Source of the DNA: Polymyxa betae A26-41
Taxonomy: Eukaryota > Protista > Endomyxa: Phytomyxea
Direction: 5' to 3'
Length of the DNA stretch: 64,000 nucleotides
NCBI GenBank assembly: GCA_003693705.1
Contig: RBZT01000234.1
Span: 1-64,000, forward strand
Numbering within the stretch: position 1 is the first letter of the stretch; each line of letters starts with the position of its first letter. The translations under genes and the position numbers were made by a program. Below the pieces are notes generated by a model that worked only from the letters and a program-made list of their open reading frames with translations, had not been told where the DNA came from and ran no database searches. This document shows positions 10,897 to 24,771 of this stretch, one piece after another.

Positions 10897-12798
10897 ATGG
10901 GCGCCGTCATCGAACGGGTCCTATTACTATTAATTATCATTCATATTAGCAGAATACGGGCGGCACCGTTGCAATGCTCCGATTTTGCCAACGATATTGT
11001 CGTGACGAAATCGCCGGTGCCTGGCAACGTCACATTGGCAATCACACAGACAATCAACGGCTCAGACGCCTTTGATTACCTCTGCTACTGCATAGCGTTT
11101 CCTGTCGGAAATAGGCTAATTTCGTTAGCAGATATCACAGGTCTAAACGTGACCAATGCAAACGTAAACCCAACGCTGTCGTCGTCATTTGGGCTGACAC
11201 TCCCCATAGCTAACAGTCGACGAGCTTCCACCTATATCGTCACTGCAATGCTTAACCAGTCTAAATCTACTGAGTCTACAAGGCCAGTTCCTTCCAAACG
11301 GGCCACCGTCCAATTGGATCGCATCCTTCGGAAACCTGGCAGTATTAGACTTATCTTACTCGCATATGCAGTACCTAGACATTGATGTATTAGCGATGCT
11401 AACAAAGCTGACGACATTGTAATTATAATCACCGTCACCTGCCCTGGCTGGTTTGACTGAAAATTCTGTCAGGGACTTACGAGCAAATGCTTTTGCGTTG
11501 CTGCCAAACGACCTCTTCGTGAACAATCCAAAATTAAATCAACTGTAAGGCGACACATTCGATATTTGCGTTTTCATTGAACCAATGTGCAGGTATTTGG
11601 ACAACAACTTTATCCTGGATCCACTACCGTTAGGGATATTCACGAACACGACGTCCTTGTCATTAGTGTAGGAATTAAGAGAGCCCTTATTGCGAGATCT
11701 CAATCATTACCCTGCTTAGTTCGCATTATAATACGCCAAGGTTGTCATGTTTACCTCCTGTTTCGTTCACTTCACCGTTCTCGCCCGGATCGCTGCCTGT
11801 TTGCTCGGTTATGAGCTCTTTTACTTCAGTAAAACTATCAGGAAGTAAGATACGAGATAACATTTAACAATACCTTTGAGTTTGGCTCATGCTTGAATCC
11901 TCCCTGGTTAGCTAAATGCTTGGCTGTTTTAGGTTCGATATCTTGTCGTCAGTTACGATTGTCATATCTGCAAGGCTGGGTGACAGAATCTGACCTGCCA
12001 GAAATCATCATCGATCTATCGATGATGTCCAGAATAGATTCCAGTCGGTTCGTTAACCCAGCTGTTATCCACCACGGAATGATGACATCCCTGGTCGTGG
12101 ACATCTTGCCAGCATGGCGTCAGGGCCAGGTCGAGGCCAAGTCTTTAGTTTATCTAATCAAGAACCAGCTGCTGGATCCAAATAGTATTTTGATGTCAGG
12201 CGTTATAACGAAGCAACTGACTACCAGCTCCGTCGTTGCAGATGTTCCTGTAATACGAAGGTACTGATTGATTGATATGGAGTAGCTTTCTACTGTTATG
12301 TTTTTCGCAAAGTGCTATTCTTGACGTTATGGTTAACGTGTTGTCCATGACGATAGGTTCTGTAAAATTACAGGGCTATACCAGGCTGATGCTGCAGTTT
12401 GCCCAACAGCTGGTGCAACTTTATCGGGTCTTCTGCCTTCCTGGGCGTATCCAGCTGCGGCGGTAGCTATTGGAATTCTAGTTGGGCTCTTTCTGAGATT
12501 CTGCTGTATGAGATGTCGTAGTAGATCGCCAGAAAGCAGAAGCCTGGCTCTGGTATGCTAGAGTTTGCGCCTTCTCACATGATGCAGTTTGCCCTTTTGC
12601 AATGTTTTTCAACTGGCATCTGCAATGACTTTTATTTGCTATCAGGGCAATGGCTCTACCTTGCAGCAAATGACGATGAAGGGCTCCTCTGTCCTTGTAC
12701 CAGTTGTGCAACCAATACAAGGATTATCTCCAAAAGCCGGCTTACATTCCAGTCTACCAGTAGTGTATTGCAACACTCATCAGTACTATAGCAACTGA
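10897..12798 (+). CDS. Single-pass (type I) membrane protein with signal peptide and leucine-rich repeats
   Basis: Signal MGAVIERVLLLLIIIHISRIRA. Spliced LRRs NLAVLDLSYSHMQYL, KLTTLDLRANAFALLPNDLF, KLNQLYLDNNFILDPLPLGIF. TM helix WAYPAAAVAIGILVGLFL followed by RFCCMRCR (~12445-12520). Short cytoplasmic tail ends at 12798. Confidence 0.75.
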
Positions 12799-12908
12799 TC
12801 ACAGGTATCTACTTCTTCAGCTTCGGTTTTTGAAAGTATTTGCTGACCAAAGATAGGATTTGGAAGAACAGGAACGTCGTCCCGTCTTCATTAGAAATAA
12901 TCACTTTA

Positions 12909-15900
12909 TTAAACTCGTATAGACATTCGGCATTTATCGACGACATCAGTTTTCAGAGATGTGCATTCTGGATTCTTTTTCAGAATTTTATGTGCCACTT
13001 CGATAGCTTCGATAAAACGCTTTGCATTCAGATAACTGAAAGCAAGCTTGTATCCTACAGAGCTAGAAGTTTCTCGATGGCATTGCCAGGCGTTTTCAAA
13101 ATATTGTGCAGCGTCGTTGTAGTTCTTCTCTTGATTCATAATTTCACCAAGAAGCTCCCAAGCTTTAGCCGAAGATCGGTTTTGAACCAATGCTTTTCTG
13201 CAAAGCTTCTGTGCCATTTCACTCGAGCCTGCCTGTCAAGAAGACGTCAGATTTGTAAACAAGAACCAAAACAGAAACAGCAATTCAAAGAAATCGAATA
13301 CTTAAAAAAAGGTCTTACCGCAATATACATTTCTGCTAGCATCAACCAGCTCCTTTCAAACTCATCCGCATACTTATGACCAGTAGGCATATTGGCAATA
13401 ATCCTGAGCGAGTCATAGATTTCAATATTGACAAAAAAAAATTACATTCGATTGACGAACTTTAACTGATTTCTTGCCTTCGATGAGTCTTTTTGGGCCA
13501 AAAACGCATGAGCTAATGTCAGGTATGCTGGCACAAACTCGCGGTCTGCCTGAATCATTTCGATAAGTTTAGAGATCACACTGTTAACTTGGTCGTGATT
13601 GTTTGAGGTGATGGTAATACAGGCCCGAAGGATTTGAGCATTTCTTGTGCCTTCTTCGTCACCTTCTACTTTCTGTTCGTATTCTGCAAGCAGCTGAGTA
13701 GCCGACTCTACACGCTGCTCCACCTATAAGGAGGGTATAAGCAAGAAATCGCTAAAAATAACCAGAACTTACAGCACTTGAAATTAACTCTTGATACTCT
13801 GAATTTAAATACACATCGATCATTTGAGATAAAGCTCGTTTGGACCAGACGGGATCCGTTCGTGCCAAATTGAAGTTATGTAATGCGTCACGAGGTTTCT
13901 TCTCATACAAGTTCACGATTCCCTGAATAAAAAAGCGCTTAATCATAAAAGCTCCTCCAATCGGCCAGATTACCTCAATAAACGACAGGCAAGAGTTAGG
14001 GTTTTCTCCGAATGCTGTTTTGGTCGCATTAAGAAACTTCTCGGCTTCGTTCAACTGTCCAGATCGCTTCAAGCATTGAATCAAGCTATCCAGAGCATAC
14101 AGGTCCTTGGGATTGGATTCCAAAATGGACTTGAAATAATTGGCTGCACTCTGAAACAATTAGCGGCCTAACAATCCACAGGTTCTACAGAGAGAAATAC
14201 CTCCTGCTCATTCAGCTTGAATTTAATCTCAGCTAACATGAGCTGTGCTTTCTCGTGCTTTGGAGAAACATTCAATAAGGCGTCCAAAGCCTTCTGGCAT
14301 TCCTGACTATCACCCGAAGCAAGTTTTAGCTGGGCTAGAGAAAGCAGCGCCTCTTCGTGAGAGGGACATAATCGAATGGCTTCAGCATAATATAACTCCA
14401 CCTGGTCGAGAGCCTTGGTTCTTCTCATAACAGCGGCAAGCTGGCAAGCAATTGTACTGTGGAGATTTATAAGAAGCTAATTGAGGAAGCAAATTGGTCA
14501 CTCTACCCAGCCTTGTCTCGTTGCACTTCCACTGAAGCATCATTCGCTCCAGACATTTTCGTGGCATCAAGAACGCGTTTCTGAAGAGAATAGGCTTGCT
14601 GCAGAGAATGAATTTCGTCCTTGGTTTGGTGCAAACGGTTGTAGATTTCGGTCAGAAGCAGCAACGCATTGACACGATCTGGAACACAATTTCCAGATGA
14701 TTCCCCTTCCTGAGAACGAGATTAGTAGCTGCTTATGACATAAGGAATGAAGAGCAGACCGATTGTGACGAATTTGTAGAAGAGCCACCAGCTTTTGTCA
14801 TCACTTGCTCTGCTTCCTGGAATCGCCCGAGATTGAAAAGTAATCTGGACAGCTCTGTGCTTAACAAAAGTCCCTGCTGTTCGCTTTTATTTTCAGCAAT
14901 CGTTTTCTCATAATATGCGACCGCCCTCTAATTAACGATTAGACTGAAGACCATATGACAATGAAGAGAAAAATGCAAACCGCATAATCATGGCAGGTGA
15001 CCAAGGCACTCCCAATCCTGGAATAAATGCTCGGATCCAGATTTTGTCCCGTGCTCCGAGCATATTCGACAACTTGCTCAAAGACTTTGATGGCTTTCAT
15101 TGGCTCTTGAATTCGAAGGTACGCATCAGCTAACAGTTGTCGTGTATGAAGCGAAGGTGCGCTCTGAGCCAACTCCTCGAAACATCGAATATATTCTCGG
15201 CGATTGTGATGATAAAACAGATAAATATTCGCAATCGCCAATCGCGCCCGCGAAAGGTATGGCGATGTTTCACCGATCTTCTTTAACATCTTCAATGCAC
15301 CGTCGACTGAAAATATCAGCTGTAAGAAACGGCAGAGACAGAAAACAGGACAGTTACCGTCAGAGCGACAAAGGCATGCAAGCTCAGCATCAGCAAGCAG
15401 AATGCGATCAAATTCGCAAGATCCATCAAACTCATTCCGAGCATCCTGGAGGATTTTCGCAGCTTCTGGAGCCATTTTTTGTTTGGCATGAATTTGTGCT
15501 GAGACTAAAAATAACGATACTCGCTCGTAGTCGGGTACTTTAACCTTTGACGATTTGAATCGAACACCTACAAGATTCTCGGATGAAAACGACGAGTAGA
15601 AAATATAGGAACACATTTACCTGGAAGATTCATAGCTGATTGAATCAACGCCAGAGCCTCGTTTGATTTTCCACGGGAATCCAGAATCAAGCTCTTCATG
15701 ATATGGTACGTGACAGTATGCTGGACTTCGAAATTCAGAGATATCGCTTCCTGAAGAGCATCGGCAGCCTCCGAGTAATTCTGCTTTTCGATGTGAATCT
15801 GAACCTGTAGCATCCGAGGCTCGACAGCACTGGGATCTAGACGAGTGCAGCTCTGGAGAATTTGATCGGATTCAACGAGTTTGCCATCTAAGAATAACAC

Positions 15901-18095
15901 TCGAGCAAGCAGTAGATGAGGACGAAGTTGGGAAGGCAGAAGCTTAGTGCAGACATTAAGCACATCTGATGCTAATCCTAAAGCTGGACGAGGTGGATCG
16001 CATTTCTGCGTATCATGTCAGCTGATTACTGCTATAAACAGTGCTACGAACATTTCTGGGAGATGATCCGATGGCGTTCAGTAGTTCTTCAATGACAGAT
16101 TGAAAATACTCGGTCTTGTAATTTACCAGAAATTCAGGAGTGAACCTAACCTAACAAGCGTGTGAGATGGATCAAGAGAGCATTCATATTTGATAACATC
16201 GGCATATTTCTTGAAATGCATCTCAAGAGCTTTGCAGAAAAGATTAGCAGCAGAGCCATCAGCGCCTCCTTGCCTTTTCATTAGGATTCCTTTCATTGTG
16301 AGCAATTCGATGGTGGATTCACTCTCCACATCCGACTCTTTCTGTAATTCGATCAGATTAGAAATTCGATCTATTAATATCGGCAAAATCAACTAAACAA
16401 CGAATCCAATGAGAAAATTACAATCGAAAATCGCAACCTGGATTTCGCTTAAAAACTCCAATTCGTGAGCAGCATCGGCTAATTGACCACGGACGATCTT
16501 GCATCTGATCATTCCATACAACGCAAGCATGTTGCTTTCGTCCAGCTGAGATGCTTCACTGTACAGCTGAAGTGCACTGGAAATATCATCCATTAGGAAT
16601 GCCTGATAAGCTTGTTGACTACGAATGGTTGAACTCGACGGATCGAGACGAGCTGCAGATTCAATGCATAAACGACTGTAAAGCCAATTAGCATAAAGCA
16701 ACAACCAAGTTCCAAAACGAAACTAAATCTGCAACAAAGGTATTCTTGCATCTGAAATATGAGCAGAAATTTGAAGCAGCTTAAAGGCATTACGCGAGTT
16801 CTGATATATGCCTGTTTCCAGCACTAAACGTACACAAAAGCCGGCTAATGTCGTAATAGAGAATAGAATTCTGAGATTCCACCGCGGCAACCGAATCGAC
16901 CAGGTCTTGAGCCGCAGAAACCGCTCGTGTTAGATCTGAGTTCCGAGAAAGCAAAAGAAAGATATCTAATATCTACCAGCGTATAAGAACGGGTGCAAAC
17001 AGCGAATTGCTCATAGTCCAACCTTAGCATCGATGTTTTTCGGATCCTTCTTGAGAATGCTTTGGACGGATTCGTTTGCGTCATCTGGGAGGCACAGACA
17101 GAGCTGAATTCTCGCTTTCTCAAGAAATCCAGGATAAAAAGACGGTTCTGAAGTAATGACTTGGTTGATGCTTTCTTCAGCTAGCTTAAGACGCTGGTTC
17201 AGCTCATACCATTTAGCTCTTCCAAGCAGAAGCTATCAAACATGGTCAAATTAAACAGCACAGCATCAGATAGGAGAGCATACCTCTAACGGCTTGCTTT
17301 GATCCCCAATGATGGTTAAAGCTTGGTTGAAATACATCAAACTCTTCTGAGATAACGTCTCATTGTCACATGTCAAGTTAACCCATCCGATTAATATTAG
17401 CGCCTCGAGGTTGTCTTTATTGTCTCCCAGTACTCGTTCTAGACATTGCCTAGCTTGCGCGTGCTTCCCAATCAGCCAGAAATAAGTCGCCGCGAATAAC
17501 AACGTTCCCGGATCTTTCTGTTCGATAATCAATAAATCCAGGGTTTACAGACCGCCATAAATTATGTGGAAAACCAATTTGAGAACATAAAACAGCACTG
17601 ACAGTCCTCGATGAAGCTTTTAACTGAGACTTCAAACCTGATACCGCATCGCTGTCTATTTTGCAATCAGACAGAGGCTTTTAACTGCTGATCACGAAAA
17701 AGCAAACCTGTTCGTTTGAGAGCAGAGAGCAGAGCTGACGTAATGGCGAGGCCCATAACTGGTGAATTCTGCATGCTTTGTAATTCAGTGATGACGTCAT
17801 TTCCGTATGAACCTGTCCAGCATGAGTACAAACAAAATAACCCTACAAAATGTGGTCGTATAGTGAAACTCTGCTTTCATTCAGCTGATGTTATACACAA
17901 AATGAAACATTGAAATAAAAATATCGCCAAACCCTGTTGAATTATAGCGATTGATTTCCAGAACCGGGCAAAGTCACGTTCTGGCGCCCCATGAAATTGC
18001 AGCTTTTGTTCACAGAGCATCTGGACATGGCGAAAGAAGCCTCGCCTGCCATAATAACTGACAAGTTGCTGGAAATACGGCGTCGTCTGCGACAT
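12909..18095 (-). CDS. TTC21B: Intraflagellar transport complex A TPR protein IFT139/TTC21B, multi-exon
   Basis: N-terminus LVSYYGRRGFFRHVQ and C-terminus KAWELLGEIMNQEKNYNDAAQYFENAW..VGYKLAFSYLNAKRFIEAIEVAHKIL..VVDKCRMSIRV match TTC21B termini; TPR-like exons throughout. Confidence 0.92.
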
Positions 18096-18724
18096 ATGAG
18101 CATGAAAGCATCACTACTCACAAGCACAATCGTCACAGATGACGTTGCCGACGCCTGGCCCTGGGTGTTTGTATACGATGATCGGTAATCCTCGAAACAC
18201 ATTTTGAAGCCAGCTACAAGAATTAACCTTAAGCGATATCATGACAGCCCAAATACTTTTATCGCATTAGAATACATTCTATACAAGACCAGACTTGAAA
18301 AATACATATCGAAATTATGGCATTTTGTTTAGAACTTTTGGGACACAATCTCAACGAGGCAGCTCGGTAGAAGTGGCCAAGCCGGCCAGGTTCAGCGGTC
18401 AACTGTGTGAAGCTATCAACTCGTTCATCGATAGTTCGACATACCGGTACTATACTTTTCGGTTTTATTCCTGTTGCTCAATGTTTGGCATTTGTTATAG
18501 AGAGTCCAAACCGAAATCTCTCCGCGAGATTGCTTGACTGGTTTAACTGCGTGTTGATTACTTTATGTTCAGTAGGTGCCAGCAAAAGTAACGAATGTAA
18601 TTCGGCGGATTCACTGTCGTTTTGTAAGGCGACGCGGATTGCGCTACAGCAGCAAGGCGCCGCAGTCTGCAGCCATAAGGCGGTTTATGTTTCGTCCAGC
18701 GAGCTCACATTAAAGAGTAAAACG

Positions 18725-20467
18725 ATGCTCTCGTCGGGCTCTGCATCGTCTCTGTTAACCAAGAGACGCGCCTCAGATTCGCCTGATTTGCTACTGAAGC
18801 GTCGTCTGCATCATCGCCGCTCGAAATGGCGCTGCACACGTACCCAGGTTATGCTGCTTTCCCTTATATCGCTGACAGGTACAAATCACCAAAAACATTT
18901 TGAGACTGGTTTCCATGTGCTTTTGTATGTCTGAATTCAGAATAGGCGTGTTTGCGATAGTTGGATGGACCATGTATATGTCTCGTCCTGCTCAATTACA
19001 GTGGCGAGTCAACGATATTTGTGGATATAAATCGAGCCTTTACGACACGAACGTAACCAGCCAGCTTCCACCTGGGAACTATTTTATAGCTGCAAATTTT
19101 CATCAGAATGAAAAAGTTCTGCCGCATATATTGCACGAAATTCTCAGGTACTCGATTATATTCGTCCTGTCTGGGTTTCGGTCGTCAAGTTTTTGATAAT
19201 AATCAGGTTTTCGGGCTTGTTCAATGAAGGGAACCGGGTGTTTGTCTCAGTGTTTGAGTCTGGCTCATCAGATCTTACCAAAGAATGGCTTACGTATTTC
19301 GAGGATGTCCTGAAGGCTCGTCAGGTTCCAAATAGGATCGTGACATCCGAATCTGTTCGACTTCAGGACGAGCCCAGGATCGATTTTCTTGTTCGCGTCA
19401 GGAATAAGGCGCTTGAGCCGCTTTTTCATCAGAGTTCACTTGAATTTGTGCCTGATTATGTCCTGTTCTTGAACGATGTGGTATTTAGAATTTCAGCGTT
19501 TTCAAGAATTCATTATTTCTTAAAATCTTTATTGACGTCGTCAATTTTTCAAGTATGCGAGGCTCTTATTTGGGTTCTAGTTTTTATGTCGAGATGATAT
19601 GATTCGTCTGGCGCAGCGCGTTTCAATGCCGGAAACCGATATGGCGTGCGGGCTGGATTTTTTTTTCAATAACGAAGTGGCTGGTTCCACTGATTTATGG
19701 TTCTATGATACCTGGGTTGCCAGAGATATTGAGGGAAATAATTTAGCACCACTGCATCCGTTCTTCAGTAGACCAGAGGATCAAAAAAAACTGACCCGAT
19801 CTGATCCAATCCCAGTGTAAGTCGAGTTGTTTCAGTCTTACTTTTGAGGACTGTTCTGATTATTGTTAGGTTCTGCTGCTGGAACGGCTTGGTTGCGGTC
19901 AAAGCAAAGCCTTTCCTTGAAGGCATCCGTTTCAGGTCTGAACACGAATCAAACTGTGCTGCATCCGAGTGCACCCATCTTTGCAGAGACCTATGGAATT
20001 CTGGTAAGTTTCATTAGAATTCATCAGCATTCTGTACAGTTTTTTCATTTGTGTCCGACGTTTCACAGTCCTTCATTGATCAAACGTAGAAATTCAGCTG
20101 TATAACAGGCTATCAGCATATTGTGATTGATCCGGCAGTAGCTGTTGGATATAACTATCAAGTTGCAAGTCATTTGGCTGTAAGACCTCCGGCTGGGGTC
20201 GGATCCTTTCATAGCAATCCATTTGCTGTTGTCGAATACCCCAAAACCCTTCCGACTGACTTCATGTGTCATAGTGTGGTAGGAAAGGACAACCATCCCT
20301 CGGTATGTTTCCAGATTCGTTGCCAGTGCTTCATGCTGATGATGGATGCTAGATTAGAAGAAGGCTGCCAATCTCAAAGCATGAATCAGCGCCGTAGCTC
20401 TCTGTGTGCAAAAAACGTGAGAGTGTACAAATATGATGATTCATTACCAAATGTAAGATTTCTGTAA
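18725..20467 (+). CDS. CAP59-family (GT69) alpha-1,3-mannosyltransferase-like type II membrane protein
   Basis: YFIAANFHQNE, VFVSVFESGSSDLT, RIDFLVRVRNKALEPL, VLFLNDV, DMACGLDF, FYDTWVARDIEG, FCCWNGLVAV, ECTHLCRDLW motifs across exons. Confidence 0.88.
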
Positions 20468-20500
20468 ATGCCGAGAATAATACAATTTGATTTATCAATG

Positions 20501-21631
20501 TTACCAATTAATGGGGATGAAGCAGAATTCTTTTGAGGGTATTTTAAAGTTACAATCAATTTCCAAGTTCTCATTCAATGATGCCAGTCTGATGAAATGC
20601 AGACGATTGTAAGCACCTACTTCATGATTCAATACGCCTGTCTAGTGAACGTCTAAGAGCAATTTACCTGGGACCGTTGTGGAAATTTTGACTTTGATGC
20701 CTGCCACCATATGTCGCATCGATACCACCATGCTAACGCTTTTCTTCTTCGCTTTGTACTGACCTGCAGGAAAGGTCTTAGAATAACCGATTCTCGCTTT
20801 AAACAAACGGCAAGGTTTTGACCGAGTTCAGAAACGATTGAACTCAAAATACAGCTGCCGTCACACCTTGGAATACGTGCGATTGTGGATAATCGCCTGG
20901 ATGACATTGACGATATTTAGGTATGAAAGTACCTGGCGGGTCATTCAGCAAAGCATAATGCACCTGGATTAAGAGTGAGATTAAGCAAATGCTGTTAACC
21001 ATCTAGTTTACAGTTCCATCGCAAAAGAATCGAATGTATCTATAGTATGAGAAGCGCTGAGGGCGATATCCAGACAATTCTGTTCCTTTCGCCCAGTAGC
21101 TTACGTGAAGGTAATAAAATCCATCGAACCGTAAATGAGGCTCATGGATAAATTTCTGAATATCAAATTCAGATGCCATGCCAATTCTGCAAAGACGGTA
21201 ACCTAACCTGCTTCCAATCGGATTTCAATGAAGGCTGTCTTGGGATTGACTGCTCACCAAACTGGGCAGCATAAACGCCTTGCCACAGATTGGACTGAGC
21301 AGCAACTCGGTGCCATAGCCATGAAAGGCATGCACATCGGGCCAGACTAAACGAAGGTTCACGAATCCGTTGAAAACAGGGCCAAAAACTTACCTATATC
21401 CGTCAAGAAATGAGAATATTAGCGAAAGTTGATCCGAATCGAAAGGGAAGTCACTGAATAAACGCTAAGTTCGGACAACACATCAGCATCCTGTCGAATT
21501 CGGTACAAGTTCGGTCTAATTTCGATCCCAACAGGGCGATGAACATTTACATGATTTACAGAGTGGGATAGATCGGGAACGAGCCCAAGCCGTTCCATGC
21601 ATGGTCTCGGAACCGATCTTAGCACAGCCAT
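20501..21631 (-). CDS. FBXO9/HRT3-like F-box protein (5' end uncertain)
   Basis: Spliced exons give EPHLRFDGFYYLH and SYYRYIRFFCDGT, the conserved FBXO9/Hrt3 C-terminal motifs; ends KEFCFIPINW*. Confidence 0.6.
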
Positions 21632-22324
21632 GGCCACACTTATCAAAATAGCGTAGCGCCAGACACGTCAGCGAAGCACCCGGTCTGCGTACTGTACCAA
21701 TTATTATTCCAAGCGCACCGACTTGTTTTACAATTTTCGGAAGCTATCTAGAATGACCGCATGCCAGCTGTCACTGTCTTCGCATCGTCGGGATCTTATC
21801 ATGTTACTACAAAATCTTGATGATTTTCTAGAAAAAACGACGCCAAATCTGACATGTCTGAAATTGAACTGTGTAAAACCATGGTCACGGATTCTCTAAC
21901 CAATAAGCTGCCGGAAGTTTAGCACAGTCAGGCAATCAGTCGTCAGCTTGTTCAGGCAGCACAAAATTGGATGGAATCCAGAATTTATCGGCGCCCCTCG
22001 AAAGCTTTGGCTGCCTGTTCACAGCTTCCACGAGTAAAGAGCGGGACAGATGGCATCGAGCCTTCTGCCCTACGTGCGTGCTCAATCGAGCAACAGATCG
22101 AAGAAAAACAACTTTTTGAATCAGATTGGCTACGGAACTTTTAGCGCGCCTATAAGCGTGAGCACAATGGTGATTGCAGGAATGGGTTGAATGAGAAATG
22201 AGTCCGCAGGTAGGCCGCGCCTCCTGAGTGTTTAAAGGCAAGGCCTCCTGGATTCTTTTTCGGTCTCACTTTATTAATTTTAATTTCCTGTATCGGCTTG
22301 CAGCTGTTGGCGAACAGCTCGGCG

Positions 22325-24368
22325 ATGCTGCAAACGCCAGCGGCGCCGTCGAACTGGCCGCATGCGATAGATTCTCTGTATGATAATGGAAAACGCCGGC
22401 GCAAACAGTATTTTCCCGATGGGTTACCGGGCATGTATTTGCTCAGCAAAACCGAAGTCGCCGACGATATTGACTTGATCGAGGCGGATGCTGACCGGAC
22501 AGGTTTCAGTGCTCGGCGTAGAGCCTGCCGATCTGATGCCAAAGACGAAGCTGAAATGGATCTTGATCTTGGGTACGAAGTTTGGTTATTTATTTACACT
22601 TTGGCATTTAATCGGTCATAAATGGCATCATGATTAAGTTGAGGAGCATTATTTCGTTTCTGTCAATTTTCACTGTTTTTTGCTTTCTTACTGTTTTCGT
22701 TGCTAATTTACAATCTGATATATCTTCACAGAGAGATAGCTAGCGGCGTTCAAAATGGCAATGGAGGACAGAATAAAGCATCTAAGCGTCAACGACTTCT
22801 GGAAAGAATTCTGGATGAACACGGCATCAGGGAAGATGCCCGTGTTGAATTGACCAAGGTTTGGTCGACCGTCTTTTTTCAAAAGAGAAACGTTTGCTGA
22901 ATTCTCGCATGTTTGCTCTACTGTTTTCAATGTACTATATACGATGCTTAAAATGTTTAGGCTCGACGAGCTCTTGATGATATCGGGGAACAAATTCTGG
23001 CGATTGGCGATGAGACTGCAAGAGTCGAAAGACATATCGGTAATCTGCTGTTTTTTTGCAGCTTATTATCCGTTTTTATTAAAATTTGCGATTTAGCGCA
23101 ATGTAAGGCTGAAGAGGATTCTTTGAAAAGAATCCTCTTTAAAAAACACAGTGAACTCCAACAGATCACCGAAGAGTTCGAACAGATCAGGACGGTTTTT
23201 CTAATGAAGATTGATGCAGAGACTGAGAACATAACGAAAACAGAAGAGCAGGTAATTTTCTGAAGCGATGTTTTCCCAGACAAGATCTGTTGTGTATTGC
23301 GTTATTCACTTGGCTCTATTTCTCGGTTGAAACTGTACCAACACGCTGTCCAGATTGACGTTTTCGTTCGCTATGAGCAGACATTGGCCGAAAGGAATAA
23401 TGCGATCAGCTCACAACAGAAAGAGATTGAAGCATTGAAGCATGAACTTTCTGTTTTGAAACAGTGTACTGACTATCGGCAAGCCAAGACCGAACCAGTC
23501 TATCATAATGGCGTCGTGGAAGTCGAAGAGGCTTCTGGATCCGTCGGGACGCCCTCAATTGATTTCTTTATGCAGCGATGTTCTACAGAACTGCAAGATT
23601 TCACAAATCATGTCAAGACTCTCACAGTTCATCTGACTGATATTGAGCAACAAAAAATTGATTTGGAGCAACGGCTGCGGCATAGCATGTTGCAGTTGGA
23701 ATCCGCTCAAAACGAGATCAAGAAACAGTCTGATATTGAGGCACAGTTAAAGGCAGAAAATGCTGCATTAAAAGAGAACGTTGAAAGGGCCCAGGGAGAG
23801 GCGAAGAAGATCGCAAAGATGACGGAACATTTATCTTGCGATGTGGAGATGGGAAATGAGCGAATTGCGGCTTTTCAAATGGTTGTCGAGGCTGCAGACC
23901 AGCGCGTTCGAGTCGCCGAACAAAGGCTTCATGAGGTTACCCACGCCCAGGCAGTTTTAAAAGGTGCAAACATCCAGTTGCAGGTTTGCTTCATTCTCAG
24001 TCCTGTTTCGGCGCTTATTGAGTGTTTTTTAGAGAAAATTGACGCAGTTGGCTGAACAATATCAAGCTTTAAAACAAGAGCGAGATGGTTTAGAAATGGA
24101 TCTTGCCGGCGGTGGAAATGGCTCTCCTCCGTCGCCTCTTGCCCAAGGCTTTGAAGACGATAGGCAAGATAACAATGTCTCATCCAACAATGTCTCCGAT
24201 ATTTATGATAACGGCGTCTTGGACGACAACGGTGACGGTGAGACCATGGCTTCAGGCGTGGTTCAACAGTCTCCGATGCACCCAGAAGAAGTCACAACGA
24301 CCGTTCGAAAAGTTGGTCGTCCGAGTAATAAGTCACTAGCGTCTCGTAGACGTTCGTCTCGAGCCTAG
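22325..24368 (+). CDS. Coiled-coil protein of unknown function, multi-exon
   Basis: E/Q/K/L-rich heptad exons (e.g. 23350-23983) with GT-AG introns; basic C-terminus RKVGRPSNKSLASRRRSSRA. Confidence 0.65.
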
Positions 24369-24771
24369 GCAGTTCTTGCACATAACGTAAAATGCAGCTT
24401 TAATAAATTCCACTGCTGCGAAGACATCAATCCTGTTTTGAAATGTATTCAATCACAAAACACGATTAGTGATATTCATTCAAACAATCAGTTTCTATGT
24501 TTTCCTGTATCTCAAAGTTTAATGAGAAACGAACTGTGAATTGGATTGGATTTTGCCTGATTTTACATTTGTGCTGCAGGTTGTGCAAAAATCCTCATTG
24601 TCCTGTATAGAATCTCACTTTCCTTTGGTCATGAGATTATAACACAGCATGTTGAACCTCCGTGATTCTAAGAGCATTCACTGGAACAACAAAAGTTCAC
24701 GTGATGAGCTGAAACCAGTGCGTCTTGCGTTTTGAACTGAAAATGTCGAGCTGGGGCCTGAAGGTCTCTGC

